Shown here piece by piece: positions 50,125-59,393 of a stretch of 64,000 nt of DNA (the first letter of the stretch is position 1; every line of letters begins with the position of its first letter). The DNA is from an uncultured Bacilli bacterium (GTDB taxonomy: Bacteria; Bacillota_I; Bacilli_A; RF39; UBA660): positions 25,823 to 89,822 of the forward strand of contig CANQID010000002.1 of NCBI GenBank assembly GCA_947623925.1, written 5' to 3'. Below the pieces are notes generated by a model. That model ran no database searches, was not told the origin of the DNA, and saw only the letters and a program-made list of their open reading frames with translations. A program made the position numbers and the translations under genes.

Positions 50125-52089
50125 ATGAGAAAAGGATTTACATTAGTAGAATTATTAGCAGTAATAGTAATACTTGCAATAATAGCGTTAATAACAGTAC
50201 CATTAATAATAAATATAGTGGAATCATCAAGAAAAGGAGCAGCAAGATCATCAGCATATGGATATATGGAAGGAGTAAATATATTTTATTCAAAAGAATT
50301 ATTAAAAGGAAGCAATTTTACATTAAATGGTACACTTAATGTAGATGAAAATGGATATTTAGAAGATAATAAAATAGAAGTAGAAGGAACAATGGCAAAA
50401 GGAGGACATTTAACATATAATAATGGAAAAGTAAGTGAAGGATGTCTAACAATAAATGAGTATAAAGTAAGTATAGAAAATGATGAAGTAACAAATGTAG
50501 AAAAAGGTAGTTGTGATGGAACAAGTACAGAACCTGTTGAACCTGTTATCGAAGAAAGTCCAACAGAATGGTTTATATTTGAAGATAATAGTGATGGAAC
50601 AGCAACATTAAAAAGTCTTTCTACTAAATGGGAAGAATTAGAAGATGAAAATAAATATAATATAGGAATTCCGTCAAAAACAGAAGAAGGAAAAGATGTA
50701 ACAATTATTGCTTCTAATGCTTTTGGACATTTAAATATAGAAAGTAAACATAATTTTTCTGTGTCAATTCCTGATACGGCTTTGAATATAGGTGAAAGGG
50801 CGTTCGCGGGTTCTGGAATTAAGAATGTAAAATTTGGAAACAATGTTCAAGAAATAGGACCAAGTGCATTTGCATCAACACACATTGATGGTGAAGATAG
50901 ATATAATTATTTAACTTCTATAAAAATCCCAAATAGTGTAATAACAATAGGAGAGGGTGCATTTGCTGAAAATAATATTACTAATTTAGATTTAGGAACA
51001 GGTGTACAAGTAATAGGGTATTCTGCATTTTATGAAAATAATCTTATTAGCGTGACAATTCCAGATAGTGTTACAACAATAAGCGGGAATCCAAATGGTT
51101 ATGAAGCATCTTATGCTCCTCGTACTGGTGCATTTGAAGCAAACAATCTTACAGATATAACAATTCCAAGTAGAGTTACATCAATAGGACAAAATGCATT
51201 TAAAAATAATATTATAAAAAATGTAATAATTCCAAATAGTGTAACAGAAATAGGGAATTCTGCATTTAATAATAATTTATTACCTGATGATCAAGCATTT
51301 ATTTATGAAAGAAATGATGATGGAACAGAGGATAAGAGTATATTAATTAGTTATGGAGGTGCAAAAAAGGATATAATAATCCCAGATAATGTTAAATCAA
51401 TAAAATATTCTGCATTTGAAAATAACAGTCTTACAAGTGTAACAATACCAAGAAGTGTAACAAAAATAGAAAATGGTGCATTTAATAATAATTTATTACC
51501 TGATGATCAAGCATTCATTTATAAAAGAAATGATGATGGAACAGAGGATAGGAGTACGGTAATTAGTTATGGAGGTGCAAAAAAGGATGTAATAATCCCA
51601 GATAATGTAATAACAATAGGAGAAAGTGCATTTTATGAAAATAATCTTACAAGTGTAACAATTTCAAATAATGTCATAACAATAGAAGATGGTGCATTTG
51701 CTGAAAATAATATTACTAATTTAGATCTAGGAACAAGTGTACAAGTAATAGGGGCTTTTGCATTCGATAATAATAATCTTACAGGAGAGTTAATAATTCC
51801 AAATTGCGTCACAGAAATAAAATATTATGCATTTATGGGTAATAATCTCACAAGTGTAGATATAGGAACTGGGGTCCAAATAATAGGGGGAAGTTCATTT
51901 GATAAGTATAAAGGTTCCGGTTCTGCATCAAATCCAAATTTAACAAAGATAATAAATAGAACAGGTAGAGCATTTGATTGGGGTAGTATAATTGGTGGTA
52001 GTAATGTACTTGGTGGTTTTGATCCTTTCGTAACAGGAGAAATCGAAACCGATGCTGGAAATGTTAGAATAACAAATGGTGAGGAATAA
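50125..52089 (+). CDS. Prepilin-type (type IV pilin-like) N-terminus fused to a large BspA-type leucine-rich-repeat surface domain
   Basis: Class III signal 'MRKG|FTLVELLAVIVILAIIALI' with Glu at +5. Repeated about 23-aa LRR units follow ('IPNSVTEIGNSAF', 'IPDSVTTISG', 'IPNCVTEIKYYAF'). Confidence 0.7.
   Translation: MRKGFTLVELLAVIVILAIIALITVPLIINIVESSRKGAARSSAYGYMEGVNIFYSKELLKGSNFTLNGTLNVDENGYLEDNKIEVEGTMAKGGHLTYNNGKVSEGCLTINEYKVSIENDEVTNVEKGSCDGTSTEPVEPVIEESPTEWFIFEDNSDGTATLKSLSTKWEELEDENKYNIGIPSKTEEGKDVTIIASNAFGHLNIESKHNFSVSIPDTALNIGERAFAGSGIKNVKFGNNVQEIGPSAFASTHIDGEDRYNYLTSIKIPNSVITIGEGAFAENNITNLDLGTGVQVIGYSAFYENNLISVTIPDSVTTISGNPNGYEASYAPRTGAFEANNLTDITIPSRVTSIGQNAFKNNIIKNVIIPNSVTEIGNSAFNNNLLPDDQAFIYERNDDGTEDKSILISYGGAKKDIIIPDNVKSIKYSAFENNSLTSVTIPRSVTKIENGAFNNNLLPDDQAFIYKRNDDGTEDRSTVISYGGAKKDVIIPDNVITIGESAFYENNLTSVTISNNVITIEDGAFAENNITNLDLGTSVQVIGAFAFDNNNLTGELIIPNCVTEIKYYAFMGNNLTSVDIGTGVQIIGGSSFDKYKGSGSASNPNLTKIINRTGRAFDWGSIIGGSNVLGGFDPFVTGEIETDAGNVRITNGEE
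51262..51610. repeat. Internal about 135-bp near-identical duplication within the LRR gene (two copies about 210 bp apart)
   Basis: 'aataatttattacctgatgatcaagcattt...ggaggtgcaaaaaaggat.taataatcccagataatgt' occurs at about 51262-51398 and 51474-51610. Confidence 0.8.
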
Positions 52090-52639
52090 TATGAAGAAAT
52101 ATATATTAATAACATTAATAACTGCGCTTATACTAACAGGATGTGGAAATAAAGAAAATAAAGTAATAGAAGAAGCAATAAATAATACAACAATAAGTAA
52201 TAATAAAATAACAAGTTATAGAGCAAAAGTAAAAATAAAAGGAAAAGATATAAATGAAAATTATATTGTAGAAAATAAAAACAATGAAGAATATGAAATA
52301 ACTATAAATGATGAAGAAGAAAAAGTAATAACAATAAAAGATGGAAAATCAAGTGAAGAAACAAAATATGACTATACAAAAACAGATTTATTTATAGAAC
52401 AATTAAAAGAAATAGAAAAAACAAATGAAAGAAAAGAAACAATAGGAAATGAAGAATATACAATATATGAATTTAAAATAAAAAAAGATGACATAAATAA
52501 AATATTAAATATATTTAATAAAACAACAGAAGAAGAAGGAACAGGATATGTATATTTAGATAGTAAAAATAATGTATATATAGTAAACTACGATATAGAT
52601 GGAATAAATATAAATGTAAGTTATACTAGATTAAAATAA
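52076..52639 (+). CDS. Lys/Glu-rich lipoprotein (187 aa)
   Basis: Lipobox 'ILTGC'. It overlaps the 3' end of the LRR gene by 14 nt. Confidence 0.5.
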   Translation: MVRNNMKKYILITLITALILTGCGNKENKVIEEAINNTTISNNKITSYRAKVKIKGKDINENYIVENKNNEEYEITINDEEEKVITIKDGKSSEETKYDYTKTDLFIEQLKEIEKTNERKETIGNEEYTIYEFKIKKDDINKILNIFNKTTEEEGTGYVYLDSKNNVYIVNYDIDGININVSYTRLK

Positions 52640-52771
52640 GTTTCATGTTTAACATGATTCTTTTTTTTAAATGTAAAATTATAATTATTGTAAAATAACA
52701 TATATTATGGTATCATGTATAATGAATTTTAATTAATAATAAATTTTATTAACTTATTGAGGAGAAAAAGT

Positions 52772-53827
52772 ATGATAGAGAGATTAGATGCTATAGAAAA
52801 AAGATATAATGAATTATCAGAAGAAATGGTTAAACCAGAAGTTATTTCAGATATAAAAAAAACACTTGAATTAACTAAAGAACAATCTTCACTTAAAGAT
52901 GCATATGAAATATATCAAACATATAAAACAGTTTTATCAGATATTTCAACTGCAAAAGAAATGGTAAAAGATCCTGAAATGAGTGAATTTGCTAAAGAAG
53001 AATTAAATAAATTAGAAGAACAAAAATCAAAATTAGAAAATGAAATAGAAATACTTTTATTACCAAAAGATCCTAATGATAACAAAAATGTTATAGTTGA
53101 AATAAGAGGAGCAGCAGGTGGAGATGAAGGAAATATATTTGCTGGAGACTTATTTGATATGTATAAAAAATATTGTGAAAATAATGGTTGGAAAATAGAA
53201 GTATTAGAAGAAGAAAAATCAGAAGCAGGTGGATATTCATTAATAAGTTTTTCAGTAAAAGGAGATAATGTTTATTCTAAACTTAAATATGAAAGTGGTG
53301 CTCATAGAGTACAAAGAGTACCTGTAACAGAAACACAAGGAAGAGTACATACTTCAACTGCAACTGTTCTTGTAATGCCCGAGGCAGAAGAAGTTGATTT
53401 TGAACTAGATATGAATGAAGTTAGAATCGATATTACAAGAAGTAGTGGATGTGGAGGACAAGGAGTTAATACAACAGATTCAGCAGTAAGACTTACACAT
53501 ATACCAACAGGAATTGTTGTTTATTCGCAAACTGAAAGAAGTCAAATAAAAAACAAAGAAAAAGCAATTAAAATTTTACAAACTAGATTATATGACTTAA
53601 AAATGCAAGAAAGAGAAAAAGAATTAGGAGAAGAAAGAAAAAGCAAAATAGGTACAGGTGATCGTTCAGAAAAAATAAGAACATATAATTATCCGCAAAA
53701 TAGAGTAACAGATCATAGAATTGGATTTACATTAAACACTCTTGATAGAGTAATGAATGGAGAAATAGGTAAAGTAATAGATGCACTTATAATTGAAGAT
53801 CAAAATAGAAAGTTAAGAGGAGAATAA
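52772..53827 (+). CDS. prfA: Peptide chain release factor 1
   Basis: 'PVT' tripeptide (RVPVTETQGRVHTS) and 'SSGCGGQGVNTTDSAVRLTHIPTGIVV'. The ATG is at 52772 after 'gaggag'. Confidence 0.9.
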   Translation: MIERLDAIEKRYNELSEEMVKPEVISDIKKTLELTKEQSSLKDAYEIYQTYKTVLSDISTAKEMVKDPEMSEFAKEELNKLEEQKSKLENEIEILLLPKDPNDNKNVIVEIRGAAGGDEGNIFAGDLFDMYKKYCENNGWKIEVLEEEKSEAGGYSLISFSVKGDNVYSKLKYESGAHRVQRVPVTETQGRVHTSTATVLVMPEAEEVDFELDMNEVRIDITRSSGCGGQGVNTTDSAVRLTHIPTGIVVYSQTERSQIKNKEKAIKILQTRLYDLKMQEREKELGEERKSKIGTGDRSEKIRTYNYPQNRVTDHRIGFTLNTLDRVMNGEIGKVIDALIIEDQNRKLRGE

Positions 53828-53928
53828 AAAGTATTATATAATTAATACTTTTTTTATAAAAATAAATTTTATTATTGAAATTTGCAATTAAATTTGTTTT
53901 AATATATATAGTAAGGTAGGTAAGTATA

Positions 53929-54771
53929 ATGGAATTATTGTTTTACTTTTTTGCTATTATAATTTTATTAATATATATAGCTAAATCAATATTTAGTTCA
54001 ATTGATAGAAAAAAATCAATAAAAAATACTTTTGGTTCAGATGAAAAAATAAGAATTCAACTTTCAAAAGATATTACTACTTCAGAAAGAACCTTTAAAG
54101 ATAAATATTTTCCAATTATAGTTTTAATTTGTTCATTTGTACTAGGAACTATTATTACAATTATTTTAACAAACAACAAACTAAATAATTTAGCACTCAT
54201 TTTAGATATTGTTATATTTGTATGTGCTTTTATTGTTATATCAATTTTTAGATTAACAGAAACTTATTTTATAATTAGAGAAATAAAAAAATATGCAATA
54301 AAAAAGTTTAATGATGATATTCATTTTGAAAAAAAACCTAATATAGAATTGATTAAATCAGCAACTAGTTATAAAAACCAGGAAAGAAAAAGGTATTTAT
54401 TAAGTTTCTATGTTTCAAAATATGACTGTTATATAAAGAATTATTATATAGAAGTATTAGTCAATATAAATAATACTAATCAAATGGATTTTGTAGAACA
54501 AAAAAATTTATTTGAATACAGTTATGATTTAAGTAAATATAATATAGATAATTTAAATAATTTATTAGAAAATGAAAATATAAAAAAAGAAATTGAAATT
54601 TTAAAAAATGAAAAATTTATTGATATATCATTAGATGACAATTTTTTCAAAATAACAAAAGAGACAGTATTTCATGGTTATTCAAAAAAAGATGCTTATA
54701 ATGATATAAATGATATAGATAGATTTTATGAAGAATTAGTGAAGAGAATATTAGAAATAAAAAATATATAA
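53929..54771 (+). CDS. Hypothetical membrane protein (280 aa, 3-4 N-terminal TMs + cytoplasmic domain)
   Basis: ORF with N-terminal hydrophobic segments. It is the first gene of the block inserted between prfA and prmC. Confidence 0.4.
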   Translation: MELLFYFFAIIILLIYIAKSIFSSIDRKKSIKNTFGSDEKIRIQLSKDITTSERTFKDKYFPIIVLICSFVLGTIITIILTNNKLNNLALILDIVIFVCAFIVISIFRLTETYFIIREIKKYAIKKFNDDIHFEKKPNIELIKSATSYKNQERKRYLLSFYVSKYDCYIKNYYIEVLVNINNTNQMDFVEQKNLFEYSYDLSKYNIDNLNNLLENENIKKEIEILKNEKFIDISLDDNFFKITKETVFHGYSKKDAYNDINDIDRFYEELVKRILEIKNI

Positions 54772-54790
54772 ATATATAGGTGGTGTAGAT

Positions 54791-55867
54791 ATGGGAGTTA
54801 ATGAAGCGGTTTTAGATAATAAATGCCCAAATTGTGGTGCGGTATTAAAATTCAATCCGCAATTAGGGAAATGGAGTTGTGATTATTGTGATAGTGTTTT
54901 TACATTAGAAGAATTACAAAAACATAATAATGCAAGTTCAGTTAAAAATAATATAAAAGAAAATACAGAAGAAGTAGATATTTCTAAAAATTCATATCAT
55001 TGTAATAACTGTGGTGCAGAAATAATTGCAGATGAACAAACAGCTGCAACATTTTGTGTTTATTGTGGAAATACTGCTATACTTAAAAGTAAATTGTCTT
55101 ATCAATTTGCTCCAAGTAGAATAATTCCATTTAAAACAGAAAAAAAGCAAGCAGTAGAAGCCTTTAAAAAATTATCTAAAGGAAAACCTCTAGTTCCAAG
55201 AGATTTTGTAAGTGAAAAAAATATAGAAAAAATAAGAGGTATTTATATTCCATTTTGGTTATATGATGTAAAAGTAGAAGGAAGTTTAGATTGTGATGCA
55301 CAAAAAGTAGATTCTTGGACTGTAGGAGATACTCACTATACAAAAACAAGTACATATAAACTATATAGAACAGGTTCTATGGAATTTTATGGTGTTCCAG
55401 TAGATGGATCTACAAGATTTGCAAACGATATTATGAATACACTAGAACCATTTAAATATGAGGATTTAACAGAGTATAATCATGCTTATTTATCAGGATT
55501 TTATGCAGAAAAATATGATGTAGATTCAGATACAGCATTTGAAGATGCAAAAAAAAGAAGTTTAGAATCTGCTAAAGAAACGATGATGAATGATAGTATA
55601 GGGTACACATCTAAAGTTATAACTCAAAATACACTAGCACCATCTATAATAAAAAAAGAATATATATTACTCCCTGTTTGGATGGTTAATATAAAATATA
55701 AAAATGAGATGTATCTTTTTGCAATGAATGGTCAAACAGGAGAATTTATAGGTAATATTCCACTTGATAAAACAAAAGCAGTAGTGTATGGAGTAATAAT
55801 TTTCGTAGTATCTGCTTTAATTTGCGTATTAGTTAGTTATGTAATGTTTATGTATGGAGTGATTTAA
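54791..55867 (+). CDS. Double zinc-ribbon protein with C-terminal TM anchor
   Basis: 'CPNCGAVLKF...CDYCDSVF' and 'CNNCGAEII...CVYCGNTAIL', with a C-terminal TM 'VVYGVIIFVVSALICVLVSYVMFMYGVI'. Confidence 0.5.
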   Translation: MGVNEAVLDNKCPNCGAVLKFNPQLGKWSCDYCDSVFTLEELQKHNNASSVKNNIKENTEEVDISKNSYHCNNCGAEIIADEQTAATFCVYCGNTAILKSKLSYQFAPSRIIPFKTEKKQAVEAFKKLSKGKPLVPRDFVSEKNIEKIRGIYIPFWLYDVKVEGSLDCDAQKVDSWTVGDTHYTKTSTYKLYRTGSMEFYGVPVDGSTRFANDIMNTLEPFKYEDLTEYNHAYLSGFYAEKYDVDSDTAFEDAKKRSLESAKETMMNDSIGYTSKVITQNTLAPSIIKKEYILLPVWMVNIKYKNEMYLFAMNGQTGEFIGNIPLDKTKAVVYGVIIFVVSALICVLVSYVMFMYGVI

Positions 55868-55868
55868 T

Positions 55869-56804
55869 ATGAAAAAAATAAAGAAAATTTTATGTTTGTT
55901 TATAGTATTTTTTATGTTTATTACAGTATCTAATGCTTCAGTACAAACTTTTGATAGACAAGAACTTGAAAATTATGGTGTAAACAAAAAATGGAATATA
56001 AATTCTAGTAACTTATCAAACGTTTTAAATACATATAAAGTAAATGCAAGTGAAAAAATATATGATTATTCTGATATACTAACAGATGAAGAAGAAAAAG
56101 AAATATATAAAGAAATAGATGAATTTATTAAAAAAACAAATATAGATATGGTATTTGTTTCGGTAGATTTACCATATCAAAGTGATAAAACAAATGAAGA
56201 TTTTGCTGCTGATTTTTATGACTATAATGATTTCGGAATTGATTTTAAAAATTATAGTGGTATTTTGTTATTAAGAAATACATATGAAGAAGATCCTTAT
56301 TTTAATATATATACATTTGGTGATGCACAATTATATTTTTCTTTTAATAGATTAGAAAATACATTAGATTCAATATATGATGATTTTCATAGTGGTAGAT
56401 ATTATGATGGTATTGATATATTTATAAAAAAAATGACTTCATATTACAATTCAGGAATAGCAAATGAAATGAAAGAATATGAAGTAAATGAAGATGGATA
56501 TTTGTATAAAGCATATAGAATACCATATATACCGGTTATATTAATATCTGGAGCGCTTACATTCATAGTTATGTTTATTTTAGTTAAGAAAAATAAAATG
56601 GTTTCAACAGCTACAAAGGCAACAGAATATTTAGATAAAAGTAGTATTAATTATACGAATAAACAAGATAATTTTATAACATCACATACAAGTAGTTATG
56701 TAATGTCTTCATCAAGTGGCGGAGGCGGAGGCGGGGGAAGTTTTCATTCTTCTGGCGGAAGCAGTGGTGGAGGCCATAGTTCTGGTGGAGGACGACACGG
56801 ATAG
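55869..56804 (+). CDS. TPM-domain (YgcG-like) membrane protein with Gly-rich C-terminal tail
   Basis: Signal peptide, 'IYDYSDILTDEEEKEIYKEIDEFIKKTNIDMVFVSVD' (TPM core), a TM, and the tail 'SSSGGGGGGGSFHSSGGSSGGGHSSGGGRHG'. Confidence 0.6.
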   Translation: MKKIKKILCLFIVFFMFITVSNASVQTFDRQELENYGVNKKWNINSSNLSNVLNTYKVNASEKIYDYSDILTDEEEKEIYKEIDEFIKKTNIDMVFVSVDLPYQSDKTNEDFAADFYDYNDFGIDFKNYSGILLLRNTYEEDPYFNIYTFGDAQLYFSFNRLENTLDSIYDDFHSGRYYDGIDIFIKKMTSYYNSGIANEMKEYEVNEDGYLYKAYRIPYIPVILISGALTFIVMFILVKKNKMVSTATKATEYLDKSSINYTNKQDNFITSHTSSYVMSSSSGGGGGGGSFHSSGGSSGGGHSSGGGRHG

Positions 56805-56943
56805 AATAAAAATGTAAATAAGTGTAAAAAATAATATATATAGTATAATATTTTTGCTATTTTAAATATTGTTTGGTATTATATATATAGAAATATCATT
56901 AGATTTTATATAGATTTAATGAGTAAGTAACAGGAGGTGTATA

Positions 56944-57234
56944 ATGGATAATTCATTTGAACACATTTATGATAATATGACAAATAACCGTGGTTATCTA
57001 GATTCAATGATTTCATCAGTATACGATGATTTTAAGGGTAACCCAACTGATGAATATTTAAAACAAATATTAGAAGGACTTGTTAATGTTTATAAAGGTA
57101 TGCTTTCTACTCAAGCAGAATTTACTTCTAGTTATGCTGATCCTTCAATTAAAGAAAATATGGTTTCAAGTTTACAAGATAAATTAAATGATTTGGAAAA
57201 ATTTTCGAATCAAATATCATCTAGAACAAAGTAA
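56944..57234 (+). CDS. Hypothetical protein (96 aa)
   Basis: ORF with RBS 'aggaggtg'. No motif was recognised. Confidence 0.35.
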   Translation: MDNSFEHIYDNMTNNRGYLDSMISSVYDDFKGNPTDEYLKQILEGLVNVYKGMLSTQAEFTSSYADPSIKENMVSSLQDKLNDLEKFSNQISSRTK

Positions 57235-57309
57235 GTTTATAAAAAATTGTTATTAGATTTAAATATTGATTATTTCAATATTTTTTTCTATAAATAGATA
57301 GGTGTTTAT

Positions 57310-58032
57310 ATGACTGATATTGAATATTTAAAAAAATATTTACCTAATGATAAATTAGAGTATGGATTAGAACAGTTAAAAAAAGGAATTCCTGTTCAAT
57401 ATATAATTGGTAATGTTGATTTCTATGGCTATAAAATAAACGTTAATAAAAATGTTTTAATTCCAAGGTTTGAAACTGAACAATTAGTTTTTAAAACAAT
57501 CGATTATATAAATAAAATGTTTGATAAAAAATTAAATATTTTGGATATAGGAACAGGTAGCGGTTGCATTTCCATTACTTTAAAAAAAGAACTTGATAAT
57601 GTGAATATAACTGCAGTAGATATATCAGATGAAGCATTAGAAGTAGCTATTAACAATGCAAAAGAAAATGATTGTGAAATAAATTTTATAAAGAGTGATT
57701 TATTTAGTAATATTAATGATAAGTATGATGTTATAATAAGCAATCCACCATATATAAGTTATAATGAAGAAATAATGGATATTGTTAAAAATAATGAACC
57801 TAATATTGCTCTTTATGCTGAAGATAATGGATTATATTTTTATAAACAAATACTAAGTAAATGCAATGATTATTTATTTGAGAAAAGTATAATTGCGTTT
57901 GAAATAGGATACACTCAAGCATCAGCAATAAGTAAGTTAGCTAAAATATATTTTCCAACATCAAAGATAGTAGTAGAAAAAGATTTACAAGGAAAAGATA
58001 GATTCTTATTTATAATAAATAAAGGAGATTAG
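57310..58032 (+). CDS. prmC: Release-factor glutamine N5-methyltransferase PrmC (HemK)
   Basis: 'LDIGTGSGCISI' SAM-binding motif and 'ISNPPYIS' NPPY motif. 240 aa. Confidence 0.8.
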   Translation: MTDIEYLKKYLPNDKLEYGLEQLKKGIPVQYIIGNVDFYGYKINVNKNVLIPRFETEQLVFKTIDYINKMFDKKLNILDIGTGSGCISITLKKELDNVNITAVDISDEALEVAINNAKENDCEINFIKSDLFSNINDKYDVIISNPPYISYNEEIMDIVKNNEPNIALYAEDNGLYFYKQILSKCNDYLFEKSIIAFEIGYTQASAISKLAKIYFPTSKIVVEKDLQGKDRFLFIINKGD

Positions 58033-58033
58033 T

Positions 58034-58510
58034 ATGAAAAATGAAATTAATATAACTATAGATGATAAAGATGATTTTTATAATAAATTTGATAATACAA
58101 AGATATCTGATGATTTAGGAAGTTATATACATTCTCAAAGTTTAGGAATGCCACTTAAAAATAATTTTGCGATAAATATTAAAACTAGTTTTGAATTAAG
58201 CCCTAAAGAAATAAATGATATAACTGATATGATTAGACAATATTTTGGTTTACAAGTGCAAGAAACACTTATATATAATAAATTTGACAATTTAAAAAGA
58301 ATTTTTTTATCTATTTTAGGAATAATACTTATTTTTATTTCACATTTTGTACAAATAAAAAATGAGTTTCTAATTTCTGAAGTATTTTTAATAGTAGGTT
58401 GGGGTGCAATATGGGAAGTGTTTGATAATGTACTTCTTAGTAATAATAAACAAAAATATAATTTAAAATTGTTAAAAAAATTAGTAAAAAGTAAAATTTC
58501 ATTTATGTAA
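58034..58510 (+). CDS. Hypothetical membrane protein (158 aa, 2 TMs)
   Basis: ORF immediately after prmC, with hydrophobic segments 'IFLSILGIILIFISHFV' and 'VFLIVGWGAIWEVF'. Confidence 0.35.
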   Translation: MKNEINITIDDKDDFYNKFDNTKISDDLGSYIHSQSLGMPLKNNFAINIKTSFELSPKEINDITDMIRQYFGLQVQETLIYNKFDNLKRIFLSILGIILIFISHFVQIKNEFLISEVFLIVGWGAIWEVFDNVLLSNNKQKYNLKLLKKLVKSKISFM

Positions 58511-58600
58511 TATAGTTTATACAAAATCTAATATAAAGTTAAATTACCCTTAATATTGACAAATATTAAGGGAGTATAATATAATCGTAATGAATAAGGA

Positions 58601-59332
58601 GTGAATAAAATGAATGAAGAAAATAACAATTTAAGTAATGGCATAAACAACAGTGGAAATACAGTAAAGGTAGTATTAATAACACTATTAGTTGTAGTAG
58701 TAATAGGTTTGATAGGATTTATAGTATATGATAAAGTAATTAAAAAAGATAATGTAGGTAACAATCAAACAAATACTGGAGAAAATAGTAATCAATCGAA
58801 TTCAGGAATAAATAATGAAAATCAAGAAAATAATAATAATGGAGAAAATAATAATAATTTTACTGAATCAAAAAATAAGTATTCTTTAGTAAGTGTTTCT
58901 TCTGAAGAACAAAATGAAATAGATAGATATAGTGAGCCATTTGGTAGTGAAGTTCTTTCGGATGGAAAGTCTATTACAGCTGGTACTGGATGGGAATACG
59001 GAATAGAAAATGCAAATACTGTAATATTTTATAGTGATGGTATTGAAACTAAAATAAAATTAGACGAAAATGTAAAATATTGGGTACCGATTTTTAGTTT
59101 TGATGATGAAAAAAATTATGATTCGGCATATTTTTTAACTGAATCTGGAAAACTATATGTTTGTGATGATAGTTGTTTAAAAACTGGTAAGGACATGAGT
59201 GATTTAGAATATATTTTAACAAATACTAAAATTGAAGGATTGGGTAGTTTTGCTTTAGATTCAACCGGTAATGATACTTTGTGTGTAAAGACATCCGATG
59301 ATGGAATAAAAAAATTAGTTATTAATGAATAA
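58601..59332 (+). CDS. Membrane-anchored protein with Asn/Gln-rich linker (243 aa)
   Basis: TM 'VVLITLLVVVVIGLIGFIVY', then 'NQTNTGENSNQSNSGINNENQENNNNGENNNN', then a globular C-terminal domain. Confidence 0.4.
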   Translation: MNKMNEENNNLSNGINNSGNTVKVVLITLLVVVVIGLIGFIVYDKVIKKDNVGNNQTNTGENSNQSNSGINNENQENNNNGENNNNFTESKNKYSLVSVSSEEQNEIDRYSEPFGSEVLSDGKSITAGTGWEYGIENANTVIFYSDGIETKIKLDENVKYWVPIFSFDDEKNYDSAYFLTESGKLYVCDDSCLKTGKDMSDLEYILTNTKIEGLGSFALDSTGNDTLCVKTSDDGIKKLVINE

Positions 59333-59341
59333 AACTTATAA

Positions 59342-59370
59342 AAAGCATTTACTAAAATGCTTTTTTTTTG
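59342..59370 (+). terminator. Rho-independent terminator upstream of polC
   Basis: 'aagcattt-actaa-aatgctt' + 'ttttttttt'. Confidence 0.55.
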
Positions 59371-59393
59371 ATATACTTATTAAGGTGATAAAT

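Noticed and set aside
50286-50843. Minus-strand 185-aa ORF inside the prepilin-LRR gene
   Set aside because: It is the antisense frame of a well-supported CDS with no independent signals.
52757-52771. TTG start for prfA giving 'MRRKSMIERL'
   Set aside because: This TTG sits inside the SD 'gaggag' that serves the ATG at 52772. RF1 homologs start at MIERLD-like sequences.
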